NCBI GenBank assembly: GCA_965279375.1
Contig: OZ257156.1
Span: 448,001 to 512,000 of the forward strand
DNA from: Gemmatimonas sp.
GTDB lineage: Bacteria; Gemmatimonadota; Gemmatimonadetes; Gemmatimonadales; Gemmatimonadaceae
Direction of reading: 5' to 3'
Length of the DNA stretch: 64,000 bases
In this document: positions 46,778-55,005 of the stretch, piece after piece
How positions within the stretch are numbered: position 1 is the stretch's first letter
How the letters are laid out: the number at the start of each line of letters is the position of its first letter
Translations under genes and position numbers: made by a program
Notes under the pieces: generated by a model
What the model was told of the DNA's origin: nothing
Databases searched by the model: none
Seen by the model: the letters and a program-made list of their open reading frames with translations, nothing else

Positions 46778-48337
46778 CTACCGCTTCACGATCGCGGCGG
46801 CTCGGTCGAGTAGTGCATTCAGCTCCGCACGCGCGAGGTATCGACCGTTCAGCACCACCGCCGCGATGCGCTTGGTATTGGCGATGTCGTCCAGCGGATT
46901 GGCGTCCAGCAGGACCATGTCGGCCAGCTTGCCCACAGCGATGGTCCCCAACTCCGTTTCGCGCTTGAGGAACCGTGCGGGATTGATGGTCGCGGTTTGC
47001 AACGCGGCCAGCGGTGTGAGACCGCCTTTCACCAGCAGCGACAGCTCGTCGTGCAGGCTGAACCCGAAGAACAGAAACGGGAACGTGTTGTCCACGTCCG
47101 TACCGGCCAGCAGGAGCGCGCCACCCTTCTGCAGGTCCGCGGGCATGCGCAGCCGATTGGCCACCTCGCGATCGCGCTCGGCGAACACGGTGTCCGGACC
47201 GCGCGGTCCGTACGTGAACTGGCCTTGGAGCACACCCGCGTCCAACGTCATGTCGGTACGCCACTGCATGACTCTGGCGGGCGATACGTAGCGCAGGCGC
47301 GGATCCTTGAACCGATTCGCGAACTCATCGCTTCGCGGATAGTCCGGATTGAAGCGCGTTTCCATTTCGACGAGCGTCGGCACGAACCAGGTGCCATTCC
47401 GCGCAAACCGTTCGCCCAGTTGCCGACACTTCTCGGGACTGTACGTGTTCACGCCGAGCACGAACGCCGAGTCTTCGGTGGCGGCATAGCGTTGGTCTTC
47501 GCCTTGCGCACGGAGGGTGATGAGATCGCGCAGCTGTCGCCGCATCACATCTTCGGCGGTCGCGCACGACAGGCGATGCCGGTACGAGTGTTCGATGCTC
47601 CGCATGCCCGCGTCCGATGCTTCGGCCGCCGTGATCGCCAGCGGCACGTGCCCCGCGAGCGGTATGTCGAGCCGACGCGCTTCGTCCGCCGCGGCAAGAA
47701 AGACCTCGCGGGATAGGTTCGTGTAGACCTTGATGAAGTCGAGTCCCGCTTGCTTGCGTCGCTGCATCTCGGCGCGCATCGCCGCCGGACTGTCGATGGC
47801 CACGTATGTGCCGCGTGACTTGGGCGACCCGTCGATGATCCTTCCGCTGGCCACAAACCGCGGGCCCAAACTGTCGCCGCGCTCGACGGCGCGGCGCAGC
47901 GCGACAATTTCTTCGACTGGCTTCACGGCCGCCGGATCGCGCACGCCGGTCACCCCGTTGGCCACGTTGAGCAGCGACGACCACTCCCACCGGTCCAGCG
48001 AATGGCTGTGCATATCCCACAGCCCCGGGATCAGGACCTTGCCACGAGCGTCGATAGTGCGGGCGCCGTGTGGAACGCGCACGTTCGGCCCCACAGACGC
48101 GATCCGATTGCCCGACACCACGACCGTGTAGTCGCGGGAGAGCTGCCCCGTCTCGACATCCACAATCGACACATGCGTGAGGGCGAATGGCTGCACCGTT
48201 CTTGCGCGACGCGGCGACGCGTTTCGTGTCGAGCCCGGTGCGACCGGCTGCGCTTGCGCGTCGGCGACAATGCCGAGCATCAACACGCAACACACTGCAC
48301 CCTTCACCACACCGAAGAGAGCGTACGCAGTCTGCAT
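46778..48337 (-). CDS. Secreted amidohydrolase-family protein
   Basis: IPGLWDMHSH, NGVTGVRD, DFIKVY, AGHVP, SIEH, AGTD, GKLADMVLLDANPL. Start uncertain. Confidence 0.9.
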   Translation of the reverse strand: MQTAYALFGVVKGAVCCVLMLGIVADAQAQPVAPGSTRNASPRRARTVQPFALTHVSIVDVETGQLSRDYTVVVSGNRIASVGPNVRVPHGARTIDARGKVLIPGLWDMHSHSLDRWEWSSLLNVANGVTGVRDPAAVKPVEEIVALRRAVERGDSLGPRFVASGRIIDGSPKSRGTYVAIDSPAAMRAEMQRRKQAGLDFIKVYTNLSREVFLAAADEARRLDIPLAGHVPLAITAAEASDAGMRSIEHSYRHRLSCATAEDVMRRQLRDLITLRAQGEDQRYAATEDSAFVLGVNTYSPEKCRQLGERFARNGTWFVPTLVEMETRFNPDYPRSDEFANRFKDPRLRYVSPARVMQWRTDMTLDAGVLQGQFTYGPRGPDTVFAERDREVANRLRMPADLQKGGALLLAGTDVDNTFPFLFFGFSLHDELSLLVKGGLTPLAALQTATINPARFLKRETELGTIAVGKLADMVLLDANPLDDIANTKRIAAVVLNGRYLARAELNALLDRAAAIVKR

Positions 48338-48463
48338 GGGATCAAGTGTCGTGATCGTGCCGATGGATGCCGACACGTGCGGGCGAAGATTCGATCCGCC
48401 CCGGAGGGTCCCGCGAATCTACGCCGGAATTCTCGCGCCGCGGCGCGTCGGCCTTCGGCTCGT

Positions 48464-48480
48464 TTGACCAAATTCGTCAA
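48464..48480. promoter_or_regulatory. Palindromic putative TA operator overlapping a -35-like hexamer
   Basis: TTGAC-N7-GTCAA, 46 bp upstream of the antitoxin start. Confidence 0.5.
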
Positions 48481-48526
48481 GCCGACGTTGTTTCGAGCGT
48501 CCTCCCCTCTCCCGACCGGAGCCGCC

Positions 48527-48784
48527 ATGCCGACACGCGTCGTTCGCGAAGCCGTCAGCCTCTACGAGGCGAAAACGCACCTCTCCGCGTTGGTCGATCG
48601 CGCCGCGGCGGGCGAGGAGAGCATCCTGATGAAGTCCGGTACGCCGATGGCGATGCTGGTGCCCCTCGACGACACCAAGCGCAAGCGCGTCGCAGGCCAA
48701 GGGCGCGGCCTGTGGCACGTCGCGCCAGACTTCGATGCCCCGTTGCCGGCGGACACCTTGGCCGAGTTCGACAGCGACCAGTGA
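48527..48784 (+). CDS. Phd/YefM-family antitoxin
   Basis: SLYEAKTHLSALVDRAAAGE...K.GTP.A.LVP, C-terminal DFDAPLP; its stop overlaps the toxin start (GTGA). Confidence 0.9.
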   Translation: MPTRVVREAVSLYEAKTHLSALVDRAAAGEESILMKSGTPMAMLVPLDDTKRKRVAGQGRGLWHVAPDFDAPLPADTLAEFDSDQ

Positions 48785-49152
48785 GAACGTTGCTGGACAC
48801 GCACGTGCTCATCTGGTGGGACTCGGGAGCGGAGCTGTCTGCGGAAGCCGCTGAAGCGATCCGGGCAGCCACCGACGTCTACGTGAGCGCGGCGTCCGCC
48901 TGGGAAGTCGCCATCAAGCGCACACTCGGCAAGCTGTCCGGTACGCGGACAGTGAGTGACGCGGCCATCGCGTCGGGCTTTACGGAGGTACCCGTACTCA
49001 TGCGACACGCCGAGGCGGTGGAACGCCTGCCATCGCATCACCGCGATCCGTTCGATCGGCTGCTGGTCGCTCAAGCGCTCGTCGAGCGGCTGGTCATCGT
49101 CACGCGGAACCCGGAGATCGTGCAATACAACGTGGACGTCGTGCTGGCCTAG
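48781..49152 (+). CDS. vapC: VapC-family PIN-domain toxin
   Basis: LLDTHVLIW, VSAASAWEVAIK, HHRDPFDRLLVAQA. Confidence 0.9.
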   Translation: MRTLLDTHVLIWWDSGAELSAEAAEAIRAATDVYVSAASAWEVAIKRTLGKLSGTRTVSDAAIASGFTEVPVLMRHAEAVERLPSHHRDPFDRLLVAQALVERLVIVTRNPEIVQYNVDVVLA

Positions 49153-49300
49153 ACGACGCGCACGAGATTGCCCGGAGGCCGCCCCGGCCCCAACATAGAA
49201 CTGTCCACCCGCGTTTCCCTTTCGGTCCGGTGCGCGGTGCCGGCGACAGTCCCCCTCTATGATCGACGGCCGCGATCCGGCCGTCTCCCGGGAGCCCTTC

Positions 49301-52300
49301 GTGAGAGTGTTTCGTCGTCTCCTCCTCGGCCTGGCGGCGGTTGCCGCCGGCTCGCTCGAGGCCCAGCAGTCCTCCCGCACCGAGCCGATTGCCGGCCTGC
49401 GCGACAACTCGACGGGCTTCCATGCCCTGGTCGGCGCACGTGTCGTCACGGCCCCCGGGGTGGTCCTCACCAACGCCACGATCGTCGTCCGCAATGGACT
49501 GATCGCGGCCGTTGGCGCGGGACTCACCCCGCCCGCCGGTGCGCGCGTGTGGGACCTCAAGGGCCTCACCGTCTACCCCGGTTTCATCGACGCTTCTGCC
49601 GACCTCGGCGGAGACGCGCCGCCGCAGGGTGGCGATGTCGGACCCACGCACTGGAATCCGCAGGTGCGCGCCTGGTTCAGCACCACGTCCAACCTCAAGG
49701 ACGACTCCACGCGTCGCGCCGGGTTGCGCTCGCTGGGCTTCGGCACCGCCCTCGCCGTGCCGCGTCAGGGCATCTTCCGCGGCACCGCCTCCGTGCTGTC
49801 GCTCAGCGACGGCGGCGTGCGTGAGCGCGTGCTCCGCCCCGACCTCGCGCAGGCGATCGGCTTCCAGCGCTCCTTCGCGCTTGGCGGCATGTACCCCAAC
49901 TCCACCATGGGTACCGCCGCGCTGATGAAGCAGACGTTCATGGACGCGGAGTGGTACATCCGCGCCTGGAGCGCCTACGAAACCAGCGGCCGCTCCATCC
50001 TGCCGCCCGAGACCAGCGAAGCGCTGGCCGCGCTCGGCAAGTCGGTGAAGGGGACGCAGCCCGTCTTCTTCGAAACCACGAGTGAAGAGGAGTACCTGCG
50101 TGCGTACAAGCTCGCGCAGGACTACAAGCTCACGCCGTGGTTCCGCGGCAGCGGCCAGGAGTACCGCCTGATCGACGTGCTCAAGAGTCGCACGCAGCCG
50201 CTCGTGGTACCGCTCACCTTCCCCGACGCGCCCAACGTGTCGAGCCCGGAGGCGTCGGCCAACGTGACGCTCGCCGATCTCCGCCACTGGTACCTCGCGC
50301 CCACCAATCCGGCGCAGCTGGCTGCGGCTGGCGTTCCCTTCGCCATCACGGCGGACGGACTGTCGTCGCTGCAGCAGTTCCTCCCCAATCTCCGCACAGC
50401 GGTCGCGCGTGGCCTCTCGCCCGACAAGGCGCTCGCCGCGCTCACGACCGTTCCGGCCGCGTGGCTGGGCATCGACAAGACGCACGGCACGATCGCGGTG
50501 GGCAAGGCCGCGAATCTCGTCATCACCGAAGGCGATCTGTTTCTGGAAGAATCAGCGGTGCGCGACGTGTGGGTGCAGGGCAAGCAGTATGGCGTGACCC
50601 GTCCGCCGCAGATCGATCCGCGTGGCACGTGGACGATCGCGTCCGACGATCAGGGCACGTTCAAGAGCGCCACGCTCCGTCTCGACGGTCCGCTCAACCG
50701 CATCCGCGGCACCATCGAAATGGCCGGCAAGCGCCCGGTGAACCTGACCGGCGTGCGCGTCATCGCCGAAACGGGTCGTCTCGAAGCGTCGTTCGCCGGT
50801 GAGCCGCTCGGACAGGAAGGCGGCATGCTGCTCTCGGGCTCCGTCAGCGATTCCGCGTTCTTCGGCTGGCTCTCGCTCCCGAACGGCACGGATGCCAAGT
50901 ACCGCGGCACGCGCACCGAGGCCTATACCGGTCCCGCGCGCGGCGCCGTGGCCTCCAAGGTTCCCAAGATCGACCTGCCGTTCATCCGACCGGCCATGGA
51001 GTTCGGCCGGTCTGCGCCGCCGGCGATGCCTGCGGCCGTGATCGTGCGCAACGCGACCGTGTGGACGTCTGGCCCCCAGGGCCGCCTCGAGAACGCCGAC
51101 CTGCTGGTGCAGGCGGGCAAGGTGGTGAAGGTCGGACAGAAGCTCACCGCCCCCGCTGGCGCGGTGGAGATCGATGGCACGGGCAAGCACGTCACGCCGG
51201 GGCTTATCGATCCGCACTCGCACGCGGGCGTGAGTTCGGTGAATGAGTCGGGCTTCGCGATCGTCCCCGAAGTGCAGATGGGCGACGTGATCACGCACAA
51301 CAACATCTGGTTCTATCGCCAGCTCGCGGGTGGTCTCACCGCCTCGATGATCAAGCACGGCTCGGCCAATCCGATCGGCGGCGAGAACGTGTTCGTGAAG
51401 AATCGTTGGGGCGGCCTGCCGGATGACTACAAGATCGCGGGCGCGCCGCGCACGGTGAAGTTCGCACTGGGTGAGAATCCCAAGCGCAGCCCGAATCGCT
51501 ATCCGAACACGCGCGAGGGCGTGAACGAAATCATTCGCGACCATTTCAACGCCGCGCGTGACTACGAGAAGGAGTGGAAGGCGTGGGAGAAGACGAAGAT
51601 GGGTATTCCGCCGCGCAAGGATCTGCGCATGGAAGCCATCCTCGACATGCTCAACCAGAAGCTGCTCGTGTCGTCGCACGGCTACCGTGCGGACGAGTTC
51701 CTCGCGCTCGTGCGTCTCGCCGAGGAATTCGGCTTCCGCATTCAGACGCTGCAGCACGGCGTGGAAGCGTACAAGATCGCCAGTGAGCTCAAGAAGTCGG
51801 GCGTGGCGGCGGTGGTGTGGAGCGACTGGGGCGCGTTCAAGCTCGAGGCGTACGACGCCACGTCGTACAACGCGCGCTTGCTGATGGAAGCGGGCGTCGT
51901 AACGGCGCTGCATTCCGACGACGCTGAAATCTCGACGCGCATGAACTGGGAGGCGGGCAAGCTGCTGCGTTCCGGGGTTAACGAGATCGACGCGCTCTCG
52001 ACGGTGACGATCAACGCGGCCAAGGCCGTCGCGATCGACAGCAAGATCGGCTCGCTCGAAGCCGGCAAGGACGCCGACTTCGTGATCTGGAGCGGTAACC
52101 CGCTCTCGCAGTTCACCAAGGCGGAGCAGACGTGGGTTGACGGCCGGAAGTACTTCTCGCTGGCCGAAGACAAGGTGCTTCGCGAGGACATCGCCAAGCA
52201 GCGTGCGCAGCTCATTCAGGCCGTGATCGCGGCCGGACCGAGCGACGCACCGGCTGGTCCTGCGCGTGGTGGCCGTGGCGGCCCGGGAGCCGGCAAGTGA
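49301..52300 (+). CDS. Secreted tandem (two-domain) amidohydrolase-family protein
   Basis: Domain 1 YPGFIDASAD...GKAANLV; domain 2 TPGLIDPHSH, KFALGENPK, SHGY, QHGVE, HSDD, GKDADFVIW. GGAG RBS before GTG 49301. Confidence 0.9.
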   Translation: MRVFRRLLLGLAAVAAGSLEAQQSSRTEPIAGLRDNSTGFHALVGARVVTAPGVVLTNATIVVRNGLIAAVGAGLTPPAGARVWDLKGLTVYPGFIDASADLGGDAPPQGGDVGPTHWNPQVRAWFSTTSNLKDDSTRRAGLRSLGFGTALAVPRQGIFRGTASVLSLSDGGVRERVLRPDLAQAIGFQRSFALGGMYPNSTMGTAALMKQTFMDAEWYIRAWSAYETSGRSILPPETSEALAALGKSVKGTQPVFFETTSEEEYLRAYKLAQDYKLTPWFRGSGQEYRLIDVLKSRTQPLVVPLTFPDAPNVSSPEASANVTLADLRHWYLAPTNPAQLAAAGVPFAITADGLSSLQQFLPNLRTAVARGLSPDKALAALTTVPAAWLGIDKTHGTIAVGKAANLVITEGDLFLEESAVRDVWVQGKQYGVTRPPQIDPRGTWTIASDDQGTFKSATLRLDGPLNRIRGTIEMAGKRPVNLTGVRVIAETGRLEASFAGEPLGQEGGMLLSGSVSDSAFFGWLSLPNGTDAKYRGTRTEAYTGPARGAVASKVPKIDLPFIRPAMEFGRSAPPAMPAAVIVRNATVWTSGPQGRLENADLLVQAGKVVKVGQKLTAPAGAVEIDGTGKHVTPGLIDPHSHAGVSSVNESGFAIVPEVQMGDVITHNNIWFYRQLAGGLTASMIKHGSANPIGGENVFVKNRWGGLPDDYKIAGAPRTVKFALGENPKRSPNRYPNTREGVNEIIRDHFNAARDYEKEWKAWEKTKMGIPPRKDLRMEAILDMLNQKLLVSSHGYRADEFLALVRLAEEFGFRIQTLQHGVEAYKIASELKKSGVAAVVWSDWGAFKLEAYDATSYNARLLMEAGVVTALHSDDAEISTRMNWEAGKLLRSGVNEIDALSTVTINAAKAVAIDSKIGSLEAGKDADFVIWSGNPLSQFTKAEQTWVDGRKYFSLAEDKVLREDIAKQRAQLIQAVIAAGPSDAPAGPARGGRGGPGAGK

Positions 52301-53715
52301 TCCGCTCATCCATTCTCTCATTCGATTCCATGCGAACCATGACCTCCGCCCGACGCGCGGCGCTGACCGCCGCGGCGATCCTTGCAGGCGTGATCGCGCC
52401 TGCCGCTGCTGAGGCGCAGGTGATGATGCCCGTGGCGCCGCAGGAGCAGCCGGTGGTGCTTCGCGGTGCGACGATTCACACCGTCACCAAGGGCACGATC
52501 GCCAACGGCACCATCGTCCTCGAACGCGGCAAGATCACCGCGATCGGCGGCGCTGATGTCGCCGTGCCGCGTGGCGCCAAGGTGGTGGATGTGAGCGGCA
52601 AGCACATCTACCCGGGCCTCATCGACGCGTACAGCACGGTGGGCCTCACCGAAATCGGCGCTGTCGATGTCTCCAACGACATCAGGGAAGCCGGTGACTT
52701 CAACCCGAACATCCGCGCCGAGATCGCGGTGAACGCGGAAAGCCGTCACATCGGCACGACGCGTTCGGCTGGTGTACTCGTCGCGTTCAGCACGCCGGAA
52801 GGCGGCGTGATCTCCGGCCTCTCCTCGGCGATGTCGCTCGAAGGGTGGACGTGGGAAGAGATGTCGATGAAGGGCGCGGCCGCGCTGAACGTGAAGTGGC
52901 CCGACCCGAACGCGCGTCCGGGTGGTCGCTTTGGCGGCGGCGGTGGCCCGCCGGGCGGCCCTGGTGGTCGCGGCGGCGCAGGTGCCCCGGCGCCCAAGAC
53001 GTACGCCGAACAGGTGCAGCAGATCAAGGATTGGTTCAGCGAAGCGCGTGCGTATCGCGATGCCGTGAAGTCAGGGCAAGGCCAGCGCACGGACATTCGC
53101 TACGCCGCGATGATTCCTGCACTCGACGGCAAGATCCCCGTAGTCGTCGCTGCAGACGGCGCGGCGCAGATCAACGACGCGATCACGTGGGGCAAGGCGG
53201 AAGGCATCAAGCTGGTCATCCGTGGCGGACGCGATGCGCTGTTCGTGGCGGACCGGCTCAAGGCGGAAAACGTGCCGGTGATTCTCACCGAAACCATGGC
53301 CGCGCCCGAACGGCAGTACGAAGGCTACGACAACGCCTACGCCAGCCCGGCGAAGCTGTACGCGGCGGGCGTGAAATTCGCGATCGCCGGTGGATCCGGC
53401 GGCTTGTACAGCTATCGCCTGCCGTGGGAAGCGGGTGTCGCTGTAGCGTTCGGTTTGCCCGAAGACGAAGCGCTCAAGTCGGTGACGATCAACGCCGCCG
53501 AGTTCATGGGCATCGCCGACAAGGTGGGTTCGCTGGAAGTCGGCAAGGAAGGCACCCTGCTCATCACGACGGGCACGCCGCTGGACATGACGAGCAACAT
53601 CATCCAGTCGTACATCCAGGGGCGCGAGATCAACATGATGGACATCCACAAGTTCTTCTTCGAGAAGTACATGGAGAAGATCAAGCAGCAGGCGCCGAAG
53701 AAGATCACGCCGTAG
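52297..53715 (+). CDS. Amidohydrolase-fold partner protein lacking the metal-binding HxH
   Basis: YPGLIDAYST.GLTEI, EALKSVTINAA, GSLEVGK. GTGA overlap with the upstream gene; the start could be 52330 or 52339. Confidence 0.85.
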   Translation: MIRSSILSFDSMRTMTSARRAALTAAAILAGVIAPAAAEAQVMMPVAPQEQPVVLRGATIHTVTKGTIANGTIVLERGKITAIGGADVAVPRGAKVVDVSGKHIYPGLIDAYSTVGLTEIGAVDVSNDIREAGDFNPNIRAEIAVNAESRHIGTTRSAGVLVAFSTPEGGVISGLSSAMSLEGWTWEEMSMKGAAALNVKWPDPNARPGGRFGGGGGPPGGPGGRGGAGAPAPKTYAEQVQQIKDWFSEARAYRDAVKSGQGQRTDIRYAAMIPALDGKIPVVVAADGAAQINDAITWGKAEGIKLVIRGGRDALFVADRLKAENVPVILTETMAAPERQYEGYDNAYASPAKLYAAGVKFAIAGGSGGLYSYRLPWEAGVAVAFGLPEDEALKSVTINAAEFMGIADKVGSLEVGKEGTLLITTGTPLDMTSNIIQSYIQGREINMMDIHKFFFEKYMEKIKQQAPKKITP

Positions 53716-53742
53716 CGGTACCGGCGTCGAGGCGAGTCAACG

Positions 53743-53779
53743 AGGGCCGCGTTCCAGTTCGGGAGCGCGGCCCTTTATT
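53743..53779 (+). terminator. Intrinsic terminator hairpin between convergent genes
   Basis: AGGGCCGCGTTCC/GGAGCGCGGCCCT stem (one G-U pair) followed by TTATT. Confidence 0.75.
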
Positions 53780-54143
53780 CGCGTTTAACCAGCGCCGCGA
53801 GCTTCTTCGGCGCGATCATCAGGTATCCATCGGTCAGCAGCTCGCGCAGCCCCGCCCAATCGGTGTGGGCATCGAGATACACCCCCACCCAACCGCTCGG
53901 GCCCACATAAGGCGGCACGAAGAATCGATCGGGGTTGTCGGCGACCATCAACTGCTGCAGGCCGGCGGGTGCCTTGCACCATAGCGACGTGCGCCCAGCA
54001 CCATGATGGTTGCTGGGCGACGCGAACATCGCGAACAGCTTGTTCTTCACGCGAAATGTCGGTTCACCCCACGCCTCCACCTCGTGCGCCTGAGGCAGTG
54101 CGAGGCACAACTTCCGAACGCGAGCGAGAGGAGACGGCGGCAT
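53775..54143 (-). CDS. MmcQ/YjbR-family protein
   Basis: CLALP, WGEPTFRV..KLFA, FFVPPYVGPSGWVGV.L, DW..L.ELL..GY...APK. Confidence 0.9.
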   Translation of the reverse strand: MPPSPLARVRKLCLALPQAHEVEAWGEPTFRVKNKLFAMFASPSNHHGAGRTSLWCKAPAGLQQLMVADNPDRFFVPPYVGPSGWVGVYLDAHTDWAGLRELLTDGYLMIAPKKLAALVKRE

Positions 54144-54244
54144 GCGTTACGCTACGCCGCGCGAGCGACGCTCGGAAGAAGCCCGTCTCTGGCGCGCGCC
54201 GCCCAACGCAGTACATTCGCCCGCTCCTCTCTCCGCGAGGCTGT

Positions 54245-54655
54245 GTGCACACTTGGCGATTGTGTGTGACCCTGCTGCTGGCCGTCGCGCTCGGATGCGC
54301 GTCGCGAAAGGTGAGCAGCAACGATCGACCCTCCTCGGGTGCGAACCGAGGCTCTGACGTGATCACCGCCGCAGAGCTGTCCGATCCATCGGTGGCTTCG
54401 GGTGACGCGCTCGAGGCCGTCCGTCGGCTGCGTCCGCGGTTCCTTGCGTTCCGCGGCACGCAGAGCATCCGCATGGCCGAGGCCGGGCAAGTACATCTGT
54501 CGATCGATGGCGGTCCGCTGCAGGCGATCAGCAACCTCAGTCGGATGCGCCCGACGGAGCTCAAGGAAATCCGCTATCTGAATTCAAGCGCGGCGGCCCA
54601 GCAGTTCGGGACGACGGCCGGCAGCGGCGGCGTGATTCTCGTGCGGAGCCGGTAG
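54245..54655 (+). CDS. Small lipoprotein consisting of a stand-alone TonB-dependent-receptor plug-like domain
   Basis: Lipobox ALGC; VITAAEL, ALEAVRRLRP, IDG, LKEIRYL..SAA..QFG..AGSGGVILVRSR parallels the SusC plug signature; no barrel. Start approximate. Confidence 0.72.
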   Translation: MHTWRLCVTLLLAVALGCASRKVSSNDRPSSGANRGSDVITAAELSDPSVASGDALEAVRRLRPRFLAFRGTQSIRMAEAGQVHLSIDGGPLQAISNLSRMRPTELKEIRYLNSSAAAQQFGTTAGSGGVILVRSR

Positions 54656-54670
54656 CAGCACACGCTGCTC

Positions 54671-54699
54671 TTGATGACCGTTCCGTCCCGCCGTACAAT
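54671..54699 (+). promoter_or_regulatory. Putative sigma70 promoter for the second SusC/SusD pair
   Basis: TTGATG-N17-TACAAT, near consensus in a GC-rich background. Confidence 0.65.
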
Positions 54700-55005
54700 G
54701 GACGCGCGCGGGACAAGATCGTATTGTCCCCCGCGAAATGCCTTTCGGAGGCTGTGAAAGCGGATCACCCCTGACAGCTTGCGCTTGCGGCTGCCGGTCC
54801 GGCGGTCCTGAAGTGCCCAGAAATCCACGTGAACCCGGTTCGTCCCGCCCTCCGGTCATTGTGTCGCGAGTTCATCCGCGCGACGCGGTTTCCCACTGGG
54901 TCGTTGCCTGTTTCGAGGCAGAAGTCAGCCTCGGTTACACCGCGTGATGCTGATGGCGTCCCGCGCGGCGGTGAGCACGGATCAACCTTTCTGGGGGGCG
55001 CACAC

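Noticed and set aside
54753..54769. CRP site TGTGA...TCAC
   Set aside because: The spacer is 7 nt rather than 6. It is kept only as an unassigned palindrome.
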